Source of the DNA: Deltaproteobacteria bacterium
Lineage (GTDB): Bacteria; Myxococcota; JACRCW01
Direction: 5' to 3'
Assembly: GCA_016218805.1 (NCBI GenBank)
Contig: JACRCW010000038.1
Location: 24,915 to 88,914 of the forward strand
DNA length: 64,000 bases
Shown: in pieces, positions 18,168 to 25,594 of the stretch
Numbering within the stretch: the first letter of the stretch is position 1
How the letters are laid out: each line of letters begins with the position of its first letter
The notes under the pieces: model-generated
The model's input: only the letters and a program-made list of their open reading frames with translations
Told to the model about the DNA's origin: nothing
Databases searched by the model: none
Program-made: the position numbers and the translations under genes

Positions 18168-19264
18168 CAGATGACCTCCAGGTCCGCGTCCAGTGCGCCG
18201 GCCGCCTTGATGGCTTGCAGGATGGAGACCAGGTCACGCGGCGTGGCACCCAGCGTGTTGAGGGCCTTGACCAGGTCCTGCACGGTGGCCGCCGCCGGCA
18301 GCGCCACGGTGGGCGAACTGCCCTCCCTCACGTCAACACTCTGCACCGGCACCACCACGGTGCGGCCACCGGCCAGCGGGTTGGGCTGCGAGATGATGGG
18401 CGCCTGGCTGATGACCACCTGCAGGCCGCCGTGGGCCACGGCCACCGGGCGGATGCGGACGTCGGTGCCTGCCACCACCGTGCCGGTGCGGTCGCTGACG
18501 ACGACGCGCGCGCGCCGGTCCGCCTCCACCTCCAGCCCTTCCAGGTGGGACAGCAGCGCCACGTGCGCTTCAGGGGTCCTGTCCACGGCGGCAACCTCCA
18601 CCAGCGCGGGGTCCGGGGCGCGTGCAGCCGCCCGGCCCGTGGCGCGGTTCACGGCGTCCACAATCCGCTGCGCCGTGGTGAAATCCGGTTCCTTGAGGTG
18701 CAGGTACAGCGTGTCCCCGCCCAACGGCGGCACCACGGACCGCTCCACCAGGCCACCGCCGGGCACCCGGCCGCTGGCCGTCTGGTTCTTGCGCACCACC
18801 GCCGAGGCCGACGTGACGTCATACCCGCCGGTCTGCACTTCGCCCTGCGCCACCACGTAGACCTTGCCGTCCGGCCCCTGCAGCGGCGTGGCCAGCAGCA
18901 CACCGCCGGTGAGCGTGCGTGCATTCCCCAGGGACGCCACACTCACGTCAATGGCGGTGCCTTGGCGTACGTACGCGGGCAGGCGCGCGGTCACGATCAC
19001 GCCGGCGACGTTGCGCATGCGGATGTCCTGCGGGAGTACGCGCACGCCGAGGCGTCCCAGCATGCTGCTCACCGCCTGCGTGGTGAACAGCACGCGCTCG
19101 GTGTCACCCGTGCCGGGCAGCCCCACCACCAGGCCGTAGCCCAGCAGCACGTTGTCACGCGCTCCGCGGACCTCCACCAGGTCCTTGAGGCGGGTGGCGC
19201 CGGCATCTCCGGGCGCGCCCAGGACCAGCAGGGACAACATGACGCACACCAGGCGGGTGTCCAA
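18167..19264 (-). CDS. flgI: Flagellar P-ring protein FlgI
   Basis: TTG 19264 lies 5 nt after GAGGAGG. Signal peptide, then RLKDLVEVRGARDNVLLGYGLVVGLPGTGD and C-terminal LNTLGATPRDLVSILQAIKAAGAL. Confidence 0.9.
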   Translation of the reverse strand: MDTRLVCVMLSLLVLGAPGDAGATRLKDLVEVRGARDNVLLGYGLVVGLPGTGDTERVLFTTQAVSSMLGRLGVRVLPQDIRMRNVAGVIVTARLPAYVRQGTAIDVSVASLGNARTLTGGVLLATPLQGPDGKVYVVAQGEVQTGGYDVTSASAVVRKNQTASGRVPGGGLVERSVVPPLGGDTLYLHLKEPDFTTAQRIVDAVNRATGRAAARAPDPALVEVAAVDRTPEAHVALLSHLEGLEVEADRRARVVVSDRTGTVVAGTDVRIRPVAVAHGGLQVVISQAPIISQPNPLAGGRTVVVPVQSVDVREGSSPTVALPAAATVQDLVKALNTLGATPRDLVSILQAIKAAGALDADLEVI

Positions 19265-19274
19265 CGCGGCCTCC

Positions 19275-20003
19275 TCAGAACGGGCGGATGAAGCCAAAGA
19301 CCCGGCCCAGCCAGCCCTGCTCCTCGTTGTCGGTGACCACGCCGCGGCCCACAAACTCAATCTCCGCGTCCGCCACCTGGTTGCTGCGGATGCTGTTCTG
19401 CTGGTCGATATCAATGGGGCGTACGACGCCGGACACGTAGTAGTGGTGCTCTTCCTCGTTCACCAGGATGACGCGGTGCCCCTCCACAAACAGGTTGCCG
19501 TTGGGCAGCACCCGCCGCACCACCACGGGGACGGTGGCGAGCAGGCGCTCAGAGCGTCCGGTGGCGCCCTGGGTGCCGTAGGCGTCCTTGCCCTCGCCCT
19601 CCAGGCGCGTCTCCGGGTCCAGGGCAATGGGAGGGTTCACCTCCCGGCCCAGCCGGTTGAAGAACGGCAGTGACTTCACCACGTGGGAACTCTGGCTGTC
19701 CCGCTTGAACTCCACGCCGCTCTGGCGCTGCGCGTCCGCCACCTCCTCGATCCGGACGATCAGCACGTCGTTGACGCGGAACGCGCGCGGGTCCGCGAAC
19801 AGGATCCCGCCGGAGCCCGCCTCTTGCAGAAGGCTGCCCGGCGCCGCCTCTTCACGGGGTGCGGGCGCCGCCGCGGGCACCCGGTAGCTGCGCTCCCGGG
19901 GCGTGTAGCGCTTGATGTGCCGCGGGGCGCAGGCCGCCGTGACCACAAGAACGATCCCCGCACACAGCGCTGCCGGCCGTGTCCATCCCTGGCGCGTCTT
20001 CAT
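19275..20003 (-). CDS. flgH: Flagellar L-ring lipoprotein FlgH
   Basis: MKTRQGW...IVLVVTAAC lipobox, plus VNDVLIVRIEE and GNLFVEGHRVILVNEE. ATGA overlap with flgA. Confidence 0.9.
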   Translation of the reverse strand: MKTRQGWTRPAALCAGIVLVVTAACAPRHIKRYTPRERSYRVPAAAPAPREEAAPGSLLQEAGSGGILFADPRAFRVNDVLIVRIEEVADAQRQSGVEFKRDSQSSHVVKSLPFFNRLGREVNPPIALDPETRLEGEGKDAYGTQGATGRSERLLATVPVVVRRVLPNGNLFVEGHRVILVNEEEHHYYVSGVVRPIDIDQQNSIRSNQVADAEIEFVGRGVVTDNEEQGWLGRVFGFIRPF

Positions 20004-20626
20004 GGAGCCTCCACCCACAGCGTTCCAGCAAGAAGGCGGCCATCCACCTGGCGGCCGTTGCCCAACTGTGCGCACGCACGCCGTGACCCGCACGCCACCA
20101 ACCGACCGGGCTGCTGCACGGTGATGCCGGCCACCCGCGTGGCCACGGTGACGGCGGTGCCCGCCGGCGGCAGCTGCAAGCGGACGTCTGCCTGGTCCAC
20201 CGGGCGGCCCGGCTCCACGCGGTGGACAAACACGAGCGCGCCAAGGGGCCCGTCGAGTGGCTGCAGGCCCGCGCGCAGTTCCTGCTCCCGCACCTGGGTG
20301 ACGGGGCCGACCGGACTGCCTTCCGCGGCGGCGGCGGTGGTGACGGGAACCCTGCCAAACACGCGGGCCGACGCGGCAACCAGGCCGGTACAGCGGCGGC
20401 CGCGCGCGTCCGTGCCGGACAGTGCCACCACGACGCGCCCGCTGCTGCGCAGTGGCGCAGTCTCCGCGTCCCGCACAGTGCAGCCGGCGGGAAGGCGCGT
20501 GCGGACTCGGTGCAACTCCACGCGGGTGGCGGGGGGGTGCAGCGCGCGCTCGGCAGCGGCCTGCGCGGCCGCGGACGGGTCCGCGGTGACGACGGCGAGC
20601 AGCAGGGGCAGCAGGGCGGTGGGCAC
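20000..20626 (-). CDS. flgA: P-ring assembly chaperone FlgA
   Basis: Signal peptide, 208 aa, SAF-like C-terminal region (HRVEPGRPVDQADV...GTAVTV). Lies between flgG and flgH. Confidence 0.65.
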   Translation of the reverse strand: MPTALLPLLLAVVTADPSAAAQAAAERALHPPATRVELHRVRTRLPAGCTVRDAETAPLRSSGRVVVALSGTDARGRRCTGLVAASARVFGRVPVTTAAAAEGSPVGPVTQVREQELRAGLQPLDGPLGALVFVHRVEPGRPVDQADVRLQLPPAGTAVTVATRVAGITVQQPGRLVACGSRRACAQLGNGRQVDGRLLAGTLWVEAP

Positions 20627-20635
20627 GGCGGGCGG

Positions 20636-21412
20636 CTAGCGCAGGTTGGTGAGGCGTTGCAGCATCTGGTCGCCGGTCTGGATGACCTTGGAGTTCATCT
20701 CAAACGCGCGCTGCGTGACGATGAGGTCAATCATCTCCTCCACCGCCTTGACGTTTGATCCCTCCAGGTACCCCTGGGCCAGGGAGCCGGCGCCGTCCTC
20801 GCCGGGGCGGACGCGCTGCGCCTCGCCGCTGTCTTCCGTGGCGGCCAGCAGATTGCCGCCGATGGCGCGCAGCCCGCCGGGGTTGGTGAACGTGGCCAGC
20901 TCCACCTGGCCCAGGTCCACCGGGTCCGTGCGGCCGGGGACCAGCACGTGCACGCGCCCGTCGGGCTGGACGGTGAGCGCGGTGGCGTTCTGCGGGACGG
21001 TGAAGCCGGGTTCCACCGTGTCACCCTGCAGCGTGGTGAGGCGGCCGGCGGCGTCCACGCGGAACGCGCCCGCGCGGGTGTAGGCCAGCTGTCCGTCCGG
21101 CCGCTCCACCGCAAAGAACCCGTCTCCCTCAATGGCCAGGTCCGTGGGGCTCTGCGTGGCCACCATGTCCCCCTGCGAGAAGAACCGCGTGGTGGCGCCC
21201 AACCGCACGCCGGCACCCACTTCCACCGCGGCACCGCCGCGCCCGTCCAGGGAGCGGGCGGCGCGCACCGTCTCGCTCAGCAGGTCATCAAACTCCGCAC
21301 GCGCCTTCTTGAACCCGGTGGTGGACGCATTGGCCAGGTTGTTGGCGATCACGTCCATGCGGGTCTGCTGTGCGTCCATGCCGGTGGCGGCGGTGTACAG
21401 GCTCTTGAGCAC
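20636..21412 (-). CDS. flgG: Distal rod protein FlgG
   Basis: LKSLYTAATGMDAQQTRMDVIANNLANASTTGFKK at the N-terminus; C-terminus EEMIDLIVTQRAFEMNSKVIQTGDQML. GTG start after AAGGAGGAG. Confidence 0.95.
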   Translation of the reverse strand: MLKSLYTAATGMDAQQTRMDVIANNLANASTTGFKKARAEFDDLLSETVRAARSLDGRGGAAVEVGAGVRLGATTRFFSQGDMVATQSPTDLAIEGDGFFAVERPDGQLAYTRAGAFRVDAAGRLTTLQGDTVEPGFTVPQNATALTVQPDGRVHVLVPGRTDPVDLGQVELATFTNPGGLRAIGGNLLAATEDSGEAQRVRPGEDGAGSLAQGYLEGSNVKAVEEMIDLIVTQRAFEMNSKVIQTGDQMLQRLTNLR

Positions 21413-21430
21413 GGGTCTCCTCCTTGGGTG

Positions 21431-22126
21431 TCAGCGCACGCGCCCCAGCTCACCGGCCACCTGGTCCAGCCGCCGGTACGCCTGCATCGCCTGCGTCGCA
21501 TTCTCAAACTGCCGCTGCACGTTCACCATCTGCACCGCCGCCGCCAGCGCGCCCTGGCGCGGCATCTCCAGCTGCCCGATGGCGAGGTGCGGCACCACGG
21601 GCGCGGCCGCCGCGTCCGCACGCACCGCGTGGCTGGACACACGCCGCAGCGTTCCGTCCAGCCGGTCCACCTGCAGCCGCGCCGCCTCGCGCCCGTTCAC
21701 CCACACGCTGCCGTCTTCATGGACCGTGGCGGTCCCCGGCGGCAGCACCAGCGGGGCGCCGTCTTCATCACGCACCGCATGCCCGCCCGTGGTTACCAGG
21801 CCGTCCGCGCGCACCTGCAGGCTTCCGTTGCGCGTGTGCGCCAACGTCCCGTCCGGCAGCAGCACCTGCAGGAACGTCCCGTGTTCCAGCATCACGTCCA
21901 GCGGCCGGCCGGTGGACGTGGGCGTGCCCGGCGTCGCATCCACGCCGCCGTCCACTGTCACCACGTGCGGCAGCGGCGCCCCCGGCCCGGGCGCCGTGAC
22001 CTCAAACACCGTGCGGTCCGCCAGGAAGCCCGGGGTCTGCGCGTTGGCCAGGACGTCCGCCACCGCGTCCAGTTGCCGCGTTCGCGCCGTTGCTGCGGAC
22101 ATCGCCACGTACAGACCGTCACCCAT
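21431..22126 (-). CDS. flgF: Proximal rod protein FlgF
   Basis: GLYVAMSAATARTRQLDAVADVLANAQTPGF and a C-terminal VNVQRQFE..QAYRRLD motif. 231 aa, SD AGGAGG. Confidence 0.85.
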   Translation of the reverse strand: MGDGLYVAMSAATARTRQLDAVADVLANAQTPGFLADRTVFEVTAPGPGAPLPHVVTVDGGVDATPGTPTSTGRPLDVMLEHGTFLQVLLPDGTLAHTRNGSLQVRADGLVTTGGHAVRDEDGAPLVLPPGTATVHEDGSVWVNGREAARLQVDRLDGTLRRVSSHAVRADAAAAPVVPHLAIGQLEMPRQGALAAAVQMVNVQRQFENATQAMQAYRRLDQVAGELGRVR

Positions 22127-22147
22127 GGGACCTCCTGCGGCCGTTTG

Positions 22148-22163
22148 TGCACGCGGCGCGCCA
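22148..22163 (-). promoter_or_regulatory. Sigma-54 (-24/-12) promoter upstream of flgF operon
   Basis: On the - strand: TGGCGCG-CCGC-GTGCA (consensus TGGCACG-N4-TTGCA), with correct GG-N10-GC spacing. About 11 nt separate it from the AGGAGG SD of flgF. Confidence 0.6.
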
Positions 22164-22253
22164 CGCCGAAACCGAGCGTTTCCTCGGGCATTTGACCCGG
22201 CGGGTCAGCGCCGTGACGGGCGGGGTGCCATGAACGTGGCGCGGATCAGCCCC

Positions 22254-22281
22254 TAAAGCCGGCGCGTGGCCGAGCCGACAG
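22254..22281 (+). promoter_or_regulatory. Candidate sigma-28-type promoter upstream of fliJ-like gene
   Basis: TAAA-N16-GCCGACAG (consensus TAAA-N15-GCCGATAA). It ends 9 nt before ATG 22291, which implies a very short or leaderless mRNA. Confidence 0.35.
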
Positions 22282-22290
22282 GGCTGGAAG

Positions 22291-22716
22291 ATGCCCCACG
22301 ACGCGCTCCACGCGCTGGTCACCGTGCGCACCCACAAGGAGCGCGGCGCAGCGGCGCGCGTGGCCACCGAGTCCGCGGCGCTGCAACGCGTGGAGGCCGA
22401 GGCGCGCGAAGCCGAGTCCGTGTTGCGCGCGGTCCCCGCTGCGCGCGACGGCAGCAGCGACGAGTGCCACCTGGTAGAGGCGTTCCGTGAACGGGCCAGC
22501 CAGGCGCTTGCCGCCGCGCGCGAGCGGGCGGTGGATGCGCGCCGGGTGGTGGAGGAGGCCCGCCAGAGCCACGCCGCCGCGCGCCTGGAGCGCCGCGTGG
22601 TGGAGCGCGTGGTGGAGCACCGCGCCGAGGAGCGGACGCTTGCGCAGCGGCGGGCAGAACAGCGCCAGGTGGATGAGTTGTTCCTGCTGACGTGGAAGAC
22701 ACCGGCGTGTCCTTGA
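22291..22716 (+). CDS. fliJ: FliJ-like coiled-coil export protein
   Basis: 141 aa, all-helical and charged. C-terminal LERRVVERVVEHRAEERTLAQRRAEQRQVDEL resembles the FliJ C-terminal signature (...E.k..DE). The only + strand gene in the flagellar block. Confidence 0.5.
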   Translation: MPHDALHALVTVRTHKERGAAARVATESAALQRVEAEAREAESVLRAVPAARDGSSDECHLVEAFRERASQALAAARERAVDARRVVEEARQSHAAARLERRVVERVVEHRAEERTLAQRRAEQRQVDELFLLTWKTPACP

Positions 22717-22788
22717 AGGGCCCACTCCGCCCCCAGGAAGAACACCGCCGGAGGAGGGCGGGCTCCCCAGTCCTGCCGACGCATCAAC

Positions 22789-22915
22789 GCGCCGGCGGGT
22801 ATGCAACCTGACGGGGGTACCCAAAAACCGCACCGGCGGGTGTGGTACACGCTGCGGGGTACCCCCAAAGCCGCGCCGGCGGGTGTTCAACGTGATGCGA
22901 GTCACCCCCCGGCGG
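22789..22915. repeat. Three tandem imperfect direct repeats of about 42 bp
   Basis: GCGCCGGCGGGTATGCAACCTGACGGGGGTACCCAAAAACC / GCACCGGCGGGTGTGGTACACGCTGCGGGGTACCCCCAAAGCC / GCGCCGGCGGGTGTTCAACGTGATGCGAGTCACCCCCCGGCGG. They lie in the convergent gap between the fliJ-like and fliA 3' ends. Confidence 0.8.
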
Positions 22916-22983
22916 TCGCGTGGCCCGGATACCGCGCCCCGTTCAAAAGCGTCCTTGTCACGGGCTGTTCAGGGTCCTTGACC

Positions 22984-23676
22984 TCAGGTGATGTTCTCCA
23001 TGGCGGCGCGCACCAGCTTGAGCGCCTGCGCGTGGAGCTGGCAGACGCGCGGCTGACTGACCCGCAGGATGTCGGCGATCTCGCGGTAGGTGAGTCCATC
23101 AACGTAGTGCAGGGATAGCAGCAGTTGCAGCCGGTCCGGCAGTCCGGTGAGCGCCTTGGCAAGCGCCTCCTTCATTGCGCCGGCCTCCGTCGCCATGGCG
23201 GGTGAAGGCAAGTCGTCCGGGCCGGACTGTTCGCCCAGCATGGGCAGCGGTGCATCGGACACGTTGTCCATGCCGGCCAGGGTCTCGGCGTCACACTGCA
23301 GGCGCGCGCACTGCTCCTCCGTGGTGGGCTCCCGGCCCAGCTGTTGGCGCAGTTCCTCCCGCGTTCGGCGGAAGTGCTCCGCGCGCGCGCGCAGCCGGCG
23401 GGGGAGGTGGTCGTTGCGGCGCAGTTCGTCCAGCATGGCGCCGCGGATGCGGTACCCCGCGAACGCAATGAACGGCACGCCCCGCGCCGCATCAAAGCGG
23501 TGGTGGGCGTCCACCAGAGCGACGGCGCCCGCGACCCACAGGTCATCCTCCAGGTCCCACAGACCCGTCCGCGTCACAATGCGGCGTACCCACCGTTCCA
23601 GCAGTGCCGCGTGGTCCGCGAGCACGCGCGAGCCCGCGTCCCGCGGCGAGGCGTACCGGTGCAGCGCCACGTGCAT
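22984..23676 (-). CDS. fliA: Flagellar sigma factor sigma-28 (FliA/WhiG family)
   Basis: Region 2: VALVDAHHRFDAARGVPFIAFAGYRIRGAMLDELR. Region 4: LLLSLHYVDGLTYREIADILRVSQPRVCQLHAQAL. Starts 2 nt after the flhG stop. Confidence 0.9.
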   Translation of the reverse strand: MHVALHRYASPRDAGSRVLADHAALLERWVRRIVTRTGLWDLEDDLWVAGAVALVDAHHRFDAARGVPFIAFAGYRIRGAMLDELRRNDHLPRRLRARAEHFRRTREELRQQLGREPTTEEQCARLQCDAETLAGMDNVSDAPLPMLGEQSGPDDLPSPAMATEAGAMKEALAKALTGLPDRLQLLLSLHYVDGLTYREIADILRVSQPRVCQLHAQALKLVRAAMENIT

Positions 23677-23678
23677 GG

Positions 23679-24536
23679 TCACAGGTCCCCCAACGACGTC
23701 TCGCGCAGCGTCCGTTCCCACATCAACTTGATGCCGCCGTCCGGTGGCGGCGGCGCCGACGCCAGCAGGTGCGCGTGGAGCAGGTGGAACGCCCGCGCCG
23801 CCGGCGCATCCGGGTACAGGCGCACCAGCGGGCGCTGGGCCATCACGGCGGCATGTACGCGCCCGTCGCGCGGGACGTGACCGGCATAGCTGACGCGCGC
23901 GCGCAGGAAGCGGCCCGTGACGGACGTCAGCCGCGCGAACACGTCACGCGCGCGCGCCTCACCGCCCACCATGTTCACCAGGATGTGGAAGCGCGTGACG
24001 CCGCCGGTCTCGCTGAGCACCTTGATGGTGGCGTACGCGTCGGTCAGCGACGTGGGCTCCGGGCTGGCCACCACCAGCACTTCGTGGCTGGCCCCGGAGA
24101 AGAACACCACGTTATCTCCAATGCCGGACGCGTTGTCGACGACCACCAGGTCAAAGCGGTCCTGCAGCGGCGTGAGCGCATCCAGCAGCGATTGCTTCTG
24201 CGCGTCCTTGAGTTGCGTGAGGTACTGCACCCCGCTGCCCGCGGACAGCACGCGCAAGCCGTCCGGCCCCTCCTCCAGCGCCTCCTCCATGCCCACCCGC
24301 CCCTGCAACACGTCACCCAGGTGCCAGCGCGGCTGCAGGCCCAGCATGAGCTGCGCGTTGGCGAGCCCCAGGTCCGCGTCCAGCAGCAGCACGCGCTGGC
24401 CGCTGGCCGCGGCGCAGCACGCAAGGTTCACGCTCACCGTCGTCTTGCCCACCCCGCCCTTGCCGGACGTGACGGCAAAGACACGGAGCGGCCGGCTGGG
24501 CGGCACTTCCTTGGGCGCGTTGCGCGGGTCGTTCAT
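23679..24536 (-). CDS. flhG: Flagellar number regulator FlhG (MinD-like ATPase)
   Basis: Deviant Walker A TSGKGGVGKT, LLLDADLGLANA, LVVVDNASG. Lies between flhF and fliA. Confidence 0.9.
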   Translation of the reverse strand: MNDPRNAPKEVPPSRPLRVFAVTSGKGGVGKTTVSVNLACCAAASGQRVLLLDADLGLANAQLMLGLQPRWHLGDVLQGRVGMEEALEEGPDGLRVLSAGSGVQYLTQLKDAQKQSLLDALTPLQDRFDLVVVDNASGIGDNVVFFSGASHEVLVVASPEPTSLTDAYATIKVLSETGGVTRFHILVNMVGGEARARDVFARLTSVTGRFLRARVSYAGHVPRDGRVHAAVMAQRPLVRLYPDAPAARAFHLLHAHLLASAPPPPDGGIKLMWERTLRETSLGDL

Positions 24537-24550
24537 GGCCTCTCCGGCGT

Positions 24551-25576
24551 TCAAGGAAGGATGCGCTCAACGAGACGGAGCCCGTCAGCGGGGTGGAGGT
24601 CCTCGGGGATGTTCTGGCCGTCGGTAAGACCGACAAACGGGCAGTGCGGCCCCAGGTCAGTGGAGAACACGCCACCGGGTGCGGCGGCCTCGTCCAGCTT
24701 GGTGAACAGCAGGCCGCTGGGACGCATCAGGGCGTAGCGCTGCCCAGCCACGCCCATGTCGCGGTGGCCGGCCACCACGCTGTGGGCCAGGAACAGGCGC
24801 AGCTCGCTGTGGCCCAGCAGCATCTCGGCTTGGCGGGCCAGCGCGGCCGTCTCAGTGCGGCCCGCCGTGTCCACCAGGACCAGGCTGTGGGCGGCGGCCG
24901 CCTGCAGCGCGCGCGCAAGCTCCTCGCGGTTGCGCGCGGTGCCGCAGCGCACGCCCAGGATGTCCCCGTAGCGCGCCAGCACGTCCAGCGCGCCCACGCG
25001 GAAGGTATCCGTGGTGATGAACGCCACCGACCGGCCGGCCATGCGCGCGCGCGCCGCCATCTTGGCCAGCGTGGTGGTCTTGCCGGTCCCCGTGGGGCCC
25101 ACCAGGCCAAACACCTGCCGGCCCGGCTCCAGCCACGGCGCGGGGCCCGTGGGAAGGCGGCGCAGCATGGCGTGACAGGCCTCCTCGCGCAGCAGGTGGT
25201 GGCGGTTGGGACCGGCGGCCGCCTCGGCGTCCCGCACCAGCGCGCGGGCGATCACCGGTGCCACGCCACCCTCCACCAACTCGTCCACCAGTCCGTCTGG
25301 CAAGCGCTGCGTCGCCGCGCCGGCTCGGGGCCGCGTCTCGTCGCGGAACAACTCCTCCAGCGCATCCCCGCGTGGCCGCGGCACCACCACGGAGCGCGTG
25401 GCGGCGGGCGCGGGTTCCGGCGGCGCGGCGGTGATCTCCACCTCCGGGTCCGCCAGCAATGCGGGGCGGACCTCGCGCGTGGCCAGGATGATGGCCTCGC
25501 CGCCCAGGGCGGCCCTCACCTTGGCAAGCGCCGCTCGTGACGTGGGAGCGCGAAAGGTCTGGGCAAGCGCGTTCAT
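24551..25576 (-). CDS. flhF: Flagellar biosynthesis GTPase FlhF (SRP-type)
   Basis: GLVGPTGTGKTTTLAKMAA, ITTDTFRVGA, LVDTAGR and FTKLDE G-motifs. SD GGAGG. Confidence 0.9.
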   Translation of the reverse strand: MNALAQTFRAPTSRAALAKVRAALGGEAIILATREVRPALLADPEVEITAAPPEPAPAATRSVVVPRPRGDALEELFRDETRPRAGAATQRLPDGLVDELVEGGVAPVIARALVRDAEAAAGPNRHHLLREEACHAMLRRLPTGPAPWLEPGRQVFGLVGPTGTGKTTTLAKMAARARMAGRSVAFITTDTFRVGALDVLARYGDILGVRCGTARNREELARALQAAAAHSLVLVDTAGRTETAALARQAEMLLGHSELRLFLAHSVVAGHRDMGVAGQRYALMRPSGLLFTKLDEAAAPGGVFSTDLGPHCPFVGLTDGQNIPEDLHPADGLRLVERILP

Positions 25577-25594
25577 GGTCGGCCTCCGGCCCAC

